DNA of 64,000 bases, taken from Callorhinchus milii (Eukaryota). Every line of letters begins with the position of its first letter. Position 1 is the first letter of the stretch. The translations under genes and the position numbers were made by a program. The stretch lies in NCBI RefSeq assembly GCF_018977255.1, contig NW_024704742.1:115818001-115882000 (forward strand). The letters run 5' to 3'. The notes beneath the pieces are model-generated. The model did no database searches and was not told the origin of the DNA. It saw only the letters and a list, made by a program, of their open reading frames with translations. Positions 25,901 through 40,300 of the stretch are shown one piece after another.

Positions 25901-28900
25901 GAGGGAGGGAGCACTGGGAGGCTGGAACCTTTGTGGTGCTCTTGCAGATCTTCCACTGTATAGTTCAAGAATAAAATTAGCAGAAACCTAAGATCAGATC
26001 ATCAGTATTCCCTTTTAATAGTGCCAGCACAGGTAAGCAAATCGATTTAGTTTTAAGTGGAACAAAACAAAGTTGTATTATCTATACAGTATAATTTAAA
26101 TTTAGATTTTTTTTGAAGACAAGTTTTTTCTGATCCTTGTCATAGACATGCCATACCATTGTCAGATAATTGGCTCCCATTTGCTGACAATACCACTCTG
26201 CTTGGAAGTGGAAGAGATCATCTCCTGTAATTTCTTCTCTTTTTGGCAAAGTTCAAGAACTCAGTGTGTGGAGGATCATGGATACAAAAATCTACTTCTG
26301 ACACACTTGGAGCAGAGTGTATTAGAACTCAACCAAACAAGCTAAGCTACTCCAACCAATACTAACATTTACAATTAGTGTATGGAAGTAGAATTTCAAA
26401 CTCCAAATTGAGAACTGCTTTCCCGCTTTAGCGTGGGAATATTTTGAACCCATAAAAGTGGCATTTACCTCTTCGGTCTGTCAGTTTCTATAGTTTGTGT
26501 CTCCATGATTGGTGGGAGTTGTCAGAGGACAGTAGATATCAGCACCATTTGTAAGCAAAATGTACAATTGTGAAGTTGATATCTTCAGGGGAAAAAGAAG
26601 TTATTGAATTATGTTTCAAACTCAGAACTTATCAAAATCTTGAGTCTTGTTTTATTGCAAAGTACAGTACAGGTTAATGTTTCTCACAATATGAAAATGG
26701 TCATTTTTAATAATTCTACCATTATGAAAACTAACATTTCTAAAGGGGCAAGAAGGAACTTCACAAGATAAAATTAAACAAATGGCCGTTTCTAAAGTAC
26801 ATTATTATAAGTAACTTTAAACAGAACAAAGGAACTAGGTGGCAAAGTGAAATGCAGCAGATACTTGCCTTTCAGCTCTTGAACCCCAGCTGATGAGATG
26901 AGTCATTTTTGTCTTTTAGCTGGAAGGATTCTATGCCATCTTAGTTTGTGTAGTTTCCTTCTAATTGATAGTGGGTATGAGCAAACTGGTTCTGAATATT
27001 ATTTGTGGGTTATTGATTAAAAATATTATATGGTAAAATAGACCTGAGTTACGTGGGTGATTTCTGTAACTCCATGAATGGCTCGTATGCAGAGCAGTGT
27101 CCACTGCTTTACTTGTGAATGTTCCACATGGGAATTTTGAATATTGAGATTTTTAAAAAATGGTTAAGCATTCCATTTGAATGTAAATAAAAGCTAATAT
27201 ACTACAGATGTTGACATCGACTTGATTCAGAATCCACTTCCAAGACATTAAGATGGGGCATTCGGTCAAAGCTTCAATATATAATGAAATAGAAATGTGC
27301 ATTCCATGTAATAAATGGCGCAAATTGAAATGTTGGAAAAGAGATCTCGAGTACTTTTTATTTTGTATTTGTGTGTGCATTACTTGTCTTTTTCTGCCTC
27401 CCCCAAATAGTATCACCACCTGCAAGGCCTACCACTCCTCACAATGCAGGTGGCCTTGTGCCACCACCTCGGCCTGCTTCTCGACCAAAGCTTTCTTCAG
27501 GAAAATTGGGTGGAATTGATGAAATGGTAAGGTCCTATTTAAGTTTTTTAATCCTACAAAAATCTGGAAGAAAATTTTGTGATGATATCTGATGATTATT
27601 CTTACTTTGCACTGGTAATAACAATATTTGATGTTGCTAAGTTAGTACTTTTGACCTTTTTTGGTTTAACACATTATAGCTACTAATGAGTGTTGGAGGT
27701 GATTCTCTATTGATAAATTTACCAATCGTGATGGGTAGTGTGTAGTGCCAAACCCATGTAGAGAGCATATTCAGTTGTCACTCCCATCTTTTGGATGGTT
27801 TATTTCATATCTGAAAGTTGTTCAAAGAATGAAGATTAAGGTGTTTTTTTAAATAACAGAATAAACTTGCTGACCTTGTCCAAATTTATAGTCAGTCGAG
27901 TAGGGAAAGCCTGCTGTAAATTAAAATACATATACACTCAGGAATGTGGCCACTGACTACTGCAAAACTCTGCTGCCCATATCCTATCCCGCACCAAACT
28001 CCGTACCCCCAATACCCCAATCCTTACCAGGCTCCACTGGCTCTGTATTACAGAACAGATTGATTTCAAGATCCTCACACGTATACAAATTACTTCATGC
28101 CCTGGCACCTTCCTAACTCTCCTGCTTATACCCCACTCCACTACCTGCCACCTTCAATCCCCTGGCTCCGGCCTACTACATTGTCCCCACTACTACAACT
28201 CCACCAACGAGGCTATGCTTTCACCCATTACGTCCCAAAACTATGGATCTCTCTCCCTCCATCCGTCCGCCTTGACCCTCCTTCCCTGTCTTCAGATCAT
28301 ACTTGAAGACCTTCCTCTTCGACCGTGCCTCCTCCCTCTTCCCCAGCTCAGCGTCAAGCTCTGCCAATGTTAAGCACTCCCAAGATGCTACCCAGCATGA
28401 AGGGCGCTATATAAATGTAAGTTGTTGTTCCCTGCGAATCCACCACAATTCTGGGAAAGGAAGGAAGTTTTTAGTTTAAAAAAAATTTTCAAATTATTTT
28501 TATACATGTCTAATTTCCTTTACCTCAAAACTGATGTTGATTACACCTCCAAATGCGAAACCTGCTGACAATCTAACTATGTATGCGCATTTGGCACAGA
28601 ACTCAGCTGCTTTGTCCCCAAATGCGAAACCTGCTGACAATCTAACTATGTATGCGCATTTGGGGACAAAGCAGTTGAGTTCTGTGGCACCAGGCTGTCT
28701 AAACCACCAAACCTTGAATTACTTAGCCGTAAAGCAAAATTAATCTTATGACCCAGAAGGTCGGAGTTTTTCCTGTGAAAGTTTGCAGTGAGTAACGTGT
28801 ACAAGCATTTGCAGGCAGCTGCTCAGTCTCAACAAACCAAATTAGTTGTGTAAACAGGGTACAGTACTGGAGTAGTGTCCCAGTACCTTTTTCTGATGAG

Positions 28901-31296
28901 ACCAGTTAAGAGCTGAAATTTCTGCCATTTTAAATTGATGTCTTGAGTTTGATATGATCTATGAGTCCATGTAATGCACCAATTTTAAAAAAAATCTTGC
29001 TCAGCGGAAATATGCTCTGACATACCTGATCAATGTTTCCTTTATAACCCAGAACTTTGGAGCAACTAATGCATAAATTTTATTTTCAATTTCCAGCTCC
29101 ATTCCATTTTTCTCAGTTAATTCCTTCCAGAAAAGTTTGTTTTTTGTGTCTGGTGTTATTACTCTGCAAATTTTGCTTCATCTTCTTTTATATTTTCTTC
29201 AAAAATATTTTGTGTGTGCTTGCTCTATATCCAATTCAAACATGTTATTTTTCTATCACAATTTAATATGTTTTCCCTTTCTCCCAAGATTTTCTTTTCT
29301 TTAAGAGAGTGGTTATCTTCAAGCCTCAAGCATCTTGCTGCATTATTTTTCTGAGTAAATGTGGAGATCAAAGCCAGATACAATTTATTCATTTTTTTTT
29401 GTAGAAAAATGTTGCATGAGTTTTAGTTTCTTTTTATTTGCACTGAATGTAATTTGGAACATGGAAACAAGATTATTCGGATCATTGATTCTTATCAATT
29501 TTTTAAATCATCGCAGAATTTTTTAAAACCCAGTTTCCCTGTTTATTTACCAAGCATATTAGTTGTCTTATTTCCAAAGAATTCACCTTTCATTTTAAAC
29601 ATTCCAATTATTTTTACCTCTACAACTTTCTGGGGCGTGCATTCCATTTTTTACAACCTTCCATATATTTTCTGAAGTCACTTCTAACCAGTTCTAACTG
29701 TCATGCTCTAATTTTGAGTTTATATCTTCTTGCCAGTTTCCTTTATTATTTAGAATAATAAATTATAATACTTGCTCTTGTGGAGTTGAAATGTCTCAAA
29801 GAGCGTTACATGATTTACTGTGAAGTGTAGTGACTGTGTATTTGTGAAAAAAAATGAGAAAGCCAACTCACCCGCAGCAAACGTTCCACAAGCAGACATG
29901 AAACGAATGACCAATATTTTATCTGGTGAATTGTTGACCGGGACACCAGGAGAAACTGCCCTCTCTTGTCAAAGATTGCCATGGGATCTTTAGTGTCCCC
30001 TTGAACAGACAAATGGGAAGTTGGTTTTGAGTCTAATCTGAAAGATGGTACTTTTCAGAATGAAGCATTCCCCCAGTAATGCATTGGGAGGATAAACCTG
30101 TGAACCGGTTCACAGTGTGAGGCTTGAACCCACAGGCTTCTCACTCTGAGGCAAGAATGCTATCAACTGGGCCAAGCTGGCAATTGTACCTCAAAATGCC
30201 TCAGATCAAATCAATCAGATCATTCCGAATAGTAAAAATAGGAATAAGCAAAGGCCGTTCAAATCATCAGAGCCAGCCAATTATTTACATTTGCATACAA
30301 GAGAGATTTGTTATATACTTGTGGCACTTGATTTGTCATTAAAATGTGCAGATAACTTTGACAACCTTCATTTTAATTAATTGGCATTGCATTTTGGTTT
30401 TAAAATTTTTAAAACTACACTAAGCTTAAAAAAGTTAGTAGAATGTGTTCATTGGACTGCTTTTCTATTGTACACAATTGTCCAATTACTGTTGGTTTCA
30501 ACTATGTTACAGTTTTGTTATTTGATATCCTCATTGAATATATTGTAGAGGCATTTGCATTTAGTTAGATTTTTCACCCGATTTTATTTTACAGTCAAGA
30601 TCATTCAGTCCACCAGCAGTAACATCGACCAGTCCACCTCCTGTCGCTCCACTGGCCCGTGCAGAAAGCACGTCCTCAATTGGCTCCTCTGCATCTTTAA
30701 GTGCAGCAACAACGCCAACAGTTGGTAAGTACACATTTAAAAGGTTGATGGGGCTTAGTTTTTGTTTAAACGTGAACCCAATAATGTGTCTTTGTCATAC
30801 AAAGCATCATTAGCTGTCCAACCTTTAAAGGAATGCAGACAAGTCTCCAGCTGAAAGCTTCAAATTCCTAAGTTGTCAACTTCAACAAATGCCAAGTAAT
30901 GCAGCAAATTAGCTCACCAACTACTGCACAAATTGACATCTCGATTGCTATTAATAACATGAGCAATTTAGATTACAATTTTGTTCATAATAATAGAATT
31001 TATGTATTGTAATAACACAAATGTATGTTCTTAGTTGCAGTTGAGAGGCTTGCAGCAATTATTTGTTAAACTCAATTTATGGATCAACTGACTGAAAAAT
31101 TAATTATCTAGTAATGGAATAGTAGGAAAGCATGAGTAATGGGTGCATTGATCCAGCAACATTGCAATGCCAAGAGTTGGTTAGACTGCTTATTTCCAAT
31201 ATAATGAGGTCTTAACCTCTGTTGTATCATTAGGGATAGGCAGCACGTGGGCTAGACATTTCTCCATCTGAAGAGAACACAAATGACTGAACTCTG

Positions 31297-31330
<34 letters not shown>

Positions 31331-34300
31331 AAGTGGCATCACCAGGAACAGACCAGGGATGATTTAGAACAAGACACCTGGTTTTCTTATTGGACATTAG
31401 ATAGTAAGAAGCATAAAAATGGTCAGGGAGGAAAGGGAACTTGATAACATAGTTAGTATTTGCAAAAGCAATAGAACTTGCTGACACTGTAACGTTTAAA
31501 TAAAGCTATAAGTACAGATTTATAGAACTTATTTAAATAGCTAATATCTTTTTTGTGCCATGCATTGATTCCTAATAAAATGCACTAACGGAATATTTAA
31601 AATGTAAGATTTTTTTTGCTATTTGTTTAAGGATGAGTGTCCACAGGGTTCTATTATGGGCCATGTGTTAGCATAGTTTTTATTTAATTAACCAATCAAC
31701 CAATATTGGTTGTCAATAATAACCAACTGTGGTTGATAATTGCATAATTAAGCACTCCTGTAATTCCCTTTCCAAGGAGTTACAAAAAAGTTGCCAAATG
31801 TGTTTCACATGGCACATATTTATTCAAGCTCTTTATGTATAATAAAATATTACATTTTCATTGTTGATTTGTGCATTAGCTTTCATTTTTCTGCTGCATA
31901 GAAATTACATGAAGCAAGGATAGCAGTCGTTTGTGCATTTATCTATTTTTGTTTTGAAACCGAAGCATAACAGAGATATTCTGTTCAGCTACCCTTAACT
32001 TTGTTGTTCACTATCTTGAGATAGCATATTAATCAATGAGAAATGTGAACAGTGGAACAATGTTATGATGTTGCATGTAAGCAATGCAGTGTTGCTTTCA
32101 GAACTCAGAGATGTGATTTGCACTGTCACCTCACAAGATTTAACAAAGTATAAAGGTTTGCAAATACTTTGAGAAGTGTTCTCAATTTAAAATATCATTA
32201 CATAATATTTTTGTGTTCCATACATAGTTGTAATCATAGATCATCCAAAACAAATGACTTAAAACGTTGATATTGTATTACAATGTGATACTGTATTTAG
32301 AAATTTTCAAAAAGACAAGTAATATGATATACTGTTATGTCTTACTGATTCAGTTATATCTGTTGTGTCCAAACTGGTGGTATGTAAAATGTTTGAAACA
32401 ATCCCTTTAGTTCAATTGAAAATTCTTTGTATAGTCTTTATGCGTTTATTTTTCCTCAGTTGGTGAGCCTTTCCGTATGAGCTTTGCTGTTGGAGGTCAT
32501 ATGTCTGCTATTGTTGGTAATTTTTCCACTTAATTGTTATGCCCACTGAGTTTGCTGTGTACCTTTGCGACCAGGACCAGAATGGAGTTTTTTTTTAACC
32601 AGAATTTGTTGAATCAGGATTATAATACTGTGACAGAAAGTTCTTTAACTTGATTTTAATGCTGTGATAAGAAACGTTTCATGTCACATCCAATGTTAGA
32701 ACAGCAAGAGAGCAGTCAGGGAGACAGTTAAAACCCAAAAGCGAGTTGAAAACAAGGATGAGTGAGTAAATCTTACTTTATCCTGCCTTCTCCATTCCAA
32801 TATGTTCTAATTTTCAAATGAAGTACAAAAGCCAAGATTTCTCATTAGCAGTAAACCACAATTTTAAAACTACTTTGTAAGGTTATCTTTCCCACTGTAA
32901 ACTGAAAATTTAGAACTATCAAATCTTGGTGAAATGAATAGCTTTTGTAACCACTTATCACACGGTTTTCCACTAGTGACTAAAATACATTAAAACACTA
33001 AGTATCGATATGAGGACTTTCAGAATAAGTATCTTTGGAAAAGTAAAGTTCTTATTAGTATTTAAACAGAATAGATGTTTCTGTTATTATTGGCTATCCT
33101 GCACTCCAGGCAGGGATGAAAAAAAGTGTGCACAGTGCAAAGCTCTTATTTGTATGCCACTTCACCCATAAGCAGAACAATGTGATCTGATAGAAAACTA
33201 GTTTCTCCATAACAGTCAGTGGTTAATTTCAGTAAACAGTCAATGTTTATTAATAATAATCTCCTAATTTGCCTTGTGCTCGTTTCCTTTCTTAAATGCA
33301 AAATACGCAAATTGTTATAAAATACACCCAAGATGCATGTGCTCATGCCAATTTTAGTGAAATATTTATCTGTAACATTTTATACTAATACTGGTGGCAT
33401 AATACATGATCATGCTTCATGATCATGTTTTGTAATTGCTTTCTGCTGTCCACTGTTCAATATACAACAAAATAAAATTTTCTGGTGTAAGTAAGCAGCA
33501 TTTGATGTCAACTGTAAAATGGAGACAATTTCATATATGATTGCGGAACGTGATTCTCCAAACTGAGACCCAGAATACAGCATCATTGATAGTCAAACCA
33601 GGTTTCATCAGTTGTGGGGGATGATGAGAAAATAGTCGTGAAGGGATCTCTTTTCAAACAAACAATAAATTAATTGATATTATTTATGGAGATGTCAATG
33701 GGCTAGGCTGTGCTCTGGACCATAATAGGTGAAGGGATTAACAATATTTTCTCTTCAGTCAGTAGTTGCTGGTTTAATGTAACATTTTCAATAAAGATGT
33801 TGTGCTTTGCCTTGCATGTCTTCCTCTGCTGCAGTATTAGTGAAGGGCTTTGGTGAACTGGGCTTTGGTTTGTTGTGAAGATTTTTATCTTAATACCCTG
33901 TTTTAATGGATGAAGTATTGGGGTTTTAAGAACATTGCTGAATATAGCTATTTGGTAGCATGATTGGCTGCTCATCTGGAGAACTGGTATAATAAAATAT
34001 TGCGTAACCATTATCAGCATAAGAGGAGTAAATTAGCACAAAGAACAATTATATTATGGTAAATACTATATGGAATCAGAGTTTACTGCCTAATGTAGTT
34101 GTGATTCGCATTCTAAATAATCAGGAAAAAATAGAAATTTGACAAGCATTTTCAAATTCTTAAAACTATTAACATGTTTCAACATTTGTGCAAGTAAGCA
34201 GGAATGTTCCAAGATCATTCCAATCCATGTTTCATATGCACAGGGTATAAATTGTGGTGTTTCAAAATTCATTGTACATGTTTTTTTTGGTGCTAAAGTG

Positions 34301-37300
34301 CAGAGGTTACGTTCATTTCAAACATTGTTGTGCTAAAAATGAGTTTAGTAATTCAGCAAAATTTCAACTCGTGCCATTTCTTAGTGGTTCGATCCGATGG
34401 ATTTCAGTCAAAATAATTATTATAAAAATAAAAATGCTTTCATTGATGATCTAATAGGTAAATGCTTAGTAAGTAGCATTGAGCCATACAAAATTGAACA
34501 TTAAAGATTTCATCCAGGATAGCACTGAGGCTCTACAACTGTTCTCAGGTCTCCAGATGTAGGGAGGGGGAAATCACCAAGGTTCCCTTTTCTGAATGAT
34601 TATCTACATGGAGACATACCTATCAAAAGAGTGCATGCAGAGAAAAATATGACTAGAAACTTATTGATATGTAACATTGTTATAAATAACAAACCCAATT
34701 TCCATTAGTACATTCCATCCAAATAGTCACTAACCATTGATCAATCCCATGAATAAAAATTGTATCTAACCAAAATTGTTTATTTTCTATCTAAGCAAAA
34801 GCTGTGACAAAATGTCAGTGATATAAAAATGAACATAACAAATCTTTGAGTGTATTTAATTGTAAATTAAATACAATTTAATTTAAAAGCCCATTTGGAC
34901 ATCCTCCTGATGTGAAAGGCGCTATACAAATGTAATTTGTTGTGGTATAGTTTTATTGCTCTGAAATTAATTGGATTAAGGATTTGCACACCAACATACT
35001 GAATGCAACCTCTGACTGCTTGACGACCTTGCTTTTAAATCCGCTCACTGTCGTGCGCCCTTTGTGTCTGCTTTTGTTTCAATTGTAATAGATGATGATG
35101 TGTTCATTGGGAAACTTCCTTCATTTGAGAAGCGCTGTGAGACACCTGCAGGTACAGTACTTGATGAGAGCTTGATCTAATCTTCAGACACTTTATAACC
35201 CTAACCTTATTATTTCAAAGTAACATTTTCTCTCATTTGCAGTTGTGAACTTATTTTAACAACCAAATTTCCCAACAACCCAGATTTAAAGTCTATGTAA
35301 ATTTAACAATTTATTTAGTGTATTTTAAATAAGATATTAAAGAAGATTGCTGGGGCTCAAAGACATCCAAGCCCTAAAGAACAATTTATTTTTCTCCCTG
35401 ATAACACTGAACATTTCGTTTTGAATTTAAATGGAAGTTCTGTAAATTTGCACTTGCATTCTGTTCTGTTTAACATTTTTAAGTGATTCTATATTAGACG
35501 GAATAATGTATTGAAATATCCTTGGATAAATACATTAGCTGTGCCTATTGCTACTTAGAAGACTTAGTTCATGTATGATTCTTTGTGGCACAGTTCTTTG
35601 TTGAAAAACTTCAAATATTGCGAAGCACTGAGTTCTTTCTTTGTTTTGGAAAGCTTTGGGATCCAGAAATTATTTGAATATTTGAAAGGGGGAGAGATAA
35701 ATACTTGTGAAGTAAGAAGACTATTAAGGGATATGGAGAAGTGATGGGCAAATTGAATTGAAAAATCTGCCATAATCAAATAAATTGGCAGAACAGGCTC
35801 GAAGGGCAAGTGGCTTTCTCCTGACCCGGTGTTTCAGTAAGCTTTGAGAAATCTGAGCTGGAGAAAAAACACGATCTTCTGTTCATATATTTGCACTATT
35901 GCGATTATTTTGGCTAATGTTTTCTTTGCTTCAGAGTGTGGCATTCCATCAGTAGAAATCTCTGCAAAGCATTATCTGTAGGTTTAGATCTAATAGCAGC
36001 ACTGATTATTGTGAAACAGAGGTTCAGCACATTTGGGATGGACTCTAGATCAGAACGTTTTCTTAGGGTTCAAGGAGTAACCTTCACCCGCATATCTAAC
36101 ACAGGTTGTGAATGAAGCATGGATTGATCCAAGATCTTTGGAGACCAGTGGATAACATCGTTCAGTACAGTTGTGGATGTTTCAAAAATTACAGTGTGAA
36201 ATAGTGTAATTGCACTATAATAGAAAGCAATATGATGATGTGTACTATATTCTGATTGGATGCAACCTGCTGTTTTTTTTGTCTCGCTTCCACAGATGCA
36301 AAAACCTGATAATTGCATTAAATAAATAATGTGGTCATTGGATGTGTGAAAAAATCATTAGTATTCCATAGGAGTAGTTGCTAATTTAGATGCTTATAAG
36401 GTACATGCAGCCTTTTAGCTAAGTGGAGTAGTTACATTAAATGTAAAGCCCTTAAAATTGGGTTTTTTGCTACAAATGAATAAAGGCCAGAACTGGTCTA
36501 GTTTGATTTAGAACCTTTTGCTTTTATTTTACATATTTTTCTGACTTTCAACATACTGATTCTTCAGCAGCTTTTGCACAAATGATATTGGTTTTTAAAT
36601 TTTATTTTAAACATTCAGCTTTTGCTCTTGAATTTTCATAGCTTTCTATAGCTAAGACTGAAACTGAGACTTTCAAACATGGTTTACAATTCTAGCTTGG
36701 AAATAAGGGACAAAATGAACTGGATTTGATTTGACTTTTAGATTGTTCTTATCTGATTGTGATGCAGTTTTTAATGTGTATTTACACCAGATTAAATCAT
36801 GCAGTATTTCTAATGTTGTGAAAACTGTCACTTTAACCTTACTGTTTACAAAAAACTTGTGCTCAGTTTGGCTTTATGTGCGGCACTCTTTGTCTGCACT
36901 CAATGGTTTTAGCATTATGTGTTGCAGTAAGAATTGCCCTTATGCTCAAACTGTATGTATAATGAAGCTTAATGGCAATTTATACTGGACACATCAATAA
37001 GACTATATCAATTCAGATATATATAATGAAAGAGTAGCAGTAATTTGTACTGCACCACATAACCCTAGAATTGTGCATCAATGTGTATCTAGAAAGAAGC
37101 ACAGCAACAATTTGAACTGCATTGCATAATGCTAGGACTATGCATATTGATTCAGATATTTAACAAACTTCCAAGCTCTTACCCCTATTCATACATGGGA
37201 GAAGGGTTTACACAATCTACAAAAGTGCAGATATGCATCGCCAGACATTTGCTTAACTGGTATACTTCACATTGTTTAAAACAAAATTAAATTCTTTGCA

Positions 37301-40300
37301 GCATTTATCCAAGGTCCAAGACCTTATCTCACAGCGACTAGTTTGGGTTATCAGATTTCCATAGCTGATAATTATTCAGCTAAGAATATTTAACTAAAAA
37401 GTGAGCTGTTTGCTGTAAAAAAANCTCCCAAGATGTTAATTTGAAATCTTTTACTAAGCGGGATTTCATACATTTTAAAGCTTAAAAATGATTCAAGGTA
37501 CAGAAAGAGTACTGTAAATGACAAGAACATTGAAGTGTGTGCTTATACTTGTATCTGTTTATTGATTTAGGCACTTCACGTGGACCAAGCCCAATCAGCC
37601 TTGGGAGCCAGGATTCATTACCAGTTGCAACTGCCTTTACGGAATCAGTTAATGCATACTTCAAAGGGGCAGACCCAACTAAGTACGTAAAAATAACACT
37701 AATGCTGAGAATTGTCTTGCTTGTGGATGTCAGAAAATTTGACCCAAAATTATTGAAATTACACATGAGTTAATTGAATCAGTTCAACTATTAGATTTTG
37801 ATTTCATAGTTTGGAAATTAAACCTTGAAAAAAAGTTTAACCCTCCTGAGCTACGGTCAGTGTAAAAAANCTAAGGTCCATGTAGTTCGCCTTCCATCTT
37901 CCTGGCGGTCGCATGCACATTTGTCCCAAACTACCTATGTACTATATCCCATAATGTTATTTCCTAAAAGAAAACTATCTAATTTGTTTGAAAGAATCAA
38001 CACTTCCTGCTTCAACCGTCTCCATAGGTTCACTATTCACTGAAATAGTGTTTGTGTAGATTTGTTCTAAATTTACCCCCCCTTCAATCGCAGGCCGTGT
38101 CTTCTGGTTTTAGTATTCTGGACAAGTTGAAACAGCCTGTCATGATCTATATTATCGAGCCCCTTTAGAATCATAAAGACAGCGATCATGTCGCCTCTCA
38201 ATCTTCTCTTTTCCAGCGTGAACATGCCCAATTTACTTAATTGCTCCTCATAGTCCAGCCCCTCCATTCCCTCAATCGTTTTGGTTGTCCTCCTCTGTAT
38301 CTTCTTGATTTCTCCAATATCCTTTTGTAATGCAGAATTGTACACAGTACTCTTAAGTACGGTCTCACCAATGATTTATACAGTGCCAGGATTACCCCAC
38401 TATTTTGGCTTGCTATTGATCTTTTGATACATCCCAACATCTGGTTTGCTTTATTCACTGCCACAGAGCATTGTTGGGAGAGCTTCAATTTATTGTCAAT
38501 CAAGACCCCCAATGCTTTTCATTTTCCATGCATACTATTTTCCTTCCATTCAAATAATAGTCTCTTCCACAATTTTTTGTCCCCGTGTGAAGTACTTTAA
38601 ATTTCTCCATATTGAATTTCATCTGCCACCAATCTGCCCAATCCAAAGTATGTTCAAACCCTCCTATAACCTAGCTTGTTTAGCTTCGCAATCCACCACC
38701 TTCATTATCTTGGTGTCATCTGAAAACTTAACCACTGCGCTTGCAACTCAAGAAAATAAAAAAATAATAAATTGGTCACTTCAAACCACGACTATTTGTG
38801 GGACACTGCTGTGCGCAATTGGCTGCTGCATTTCGCCCACAAATATACAGCCAAATTCACTTTACATTCTATTCTGTGTAGCGCTTTGAGACGTCTAGAA
38901 GACGTGAAAATCGCTATATCAAATGCAAGGATTATTATTATTATAACTCCTAATTCCAGATCATTTATAAAAATATTAAACAAAAGATTTCCTCCCTCCG
39001 TTTTATACTTCATATAAAGTGGCGGAGCAAAATCATTTTGTCCTTTTAATCATTATTTGCCACATCAATCATGCTCTCCACTTCTCAATGTTTTCCATTT
39101 GGAGTACCAATGACTTGACACAAGGATTGATAATTATTATTTTAAAAAAACTCTCCTAACTGCATACACAAGAGATATGGGATAGGGATATACGAGAGGG
39201 AATTGGGAAGGGTGGAGGTTCGTGTGTAGTGTAAACACTGTCACAGCTTGTTGGACTGAATGGTTTGTTGCTGTGCTGTAACATGCTCTGATTCGTCCAG
39301 CGCCAAGATAAGATGACAAGAAAAGAACCATGCTTTTCAGGATATGGGCCATCATGACGTTTTAATGCATATGTTCACTGTTAAGTGAAACATACACGCC
39401 TTGGGTGTATGTCTTTGAAACAAGTAGTAATCAATAGTGCTTGCTGATATCAACGCAGATAAAGTCCCATTTCACATGTATTTTGTGTAGGAATTTGTTT
39501 TGGCCAAAGAATCATAAAATATTACAGCATTCAGCCGATTCGTGCCTATGGAGCTACCCAATGAGTCCCATTCCCCCGCTCTTTCCCCATATCTTTGCAA
39601 ATTGTTTCTTTTCAAGTACCGAGCCAATTCCCTTTTAAAAGTTGTTATGGAATCTGTTTCCAACAGGCTTTCACGCAGTGCATTCCAAACTCTTAACAAC
39701 TTTCTGTGTTAAAAAAAAATAAAATTCTCATCTCCCCTCGGGTTCTTGAATCCAAACCCTTCTTTGCAGAAATTTGTCATTCACAAGATGAAAAAGTGAC
39801 CAAAAATAAAATTAAACTTTTCTCTTTTCATTTTTATGCCTAGTTCATTTTAACTTGCTCTGGGTAGAAGTTTTTATAGTGTTTATTTTAAAGTGTTTTA
39901 CTGTAACAAAATTAAAATGTTATTGCAATTGAATATTAAACTGTATGATTCTGATGTGATTTTTTTTCTTGGTGTATATCTTTATTGAAATATATTGAGT
40001 TAAAGAAGTAATTGTTACAATTCATTGCTAAAATTATTTCTAAATTTGGAGGGAAAAAAACGAAATGCATAAGAATATCAAGTCTGCAGTTTCAGATTAC
40101 AGGGATAAAGTAAATCCCCGTTTTACTGGACTCCGGTATCCAGAATTCATACTGAGCCGGATGGAGCCCAAAAATTTTTCCGTAGACCCACATGAATGTA
40201 GATTCCCACATTCCCACTCACCTAGCAAGCACCCCTGCCTCACCATCCTTGCTGGCCTTCAGGGATATCAACTTTCACTCAGATTCAATCTTATTTATTA

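Noticed and set aside
28534..28743. ORF with repeated peptide [15 protein letters not shown], or a CRISPR-like repeat
   Set aside because: Only two units produced by a local duplication in a vertebrate intron; no array and no cas genes
35935..35981. Exon-like segment (ttcag ... TAG|gtttag)
   Set aside because: In-frame stop in the required phase, length not divisible by 3 and a weak donor; a poison exon cannot be supported from sequence alone
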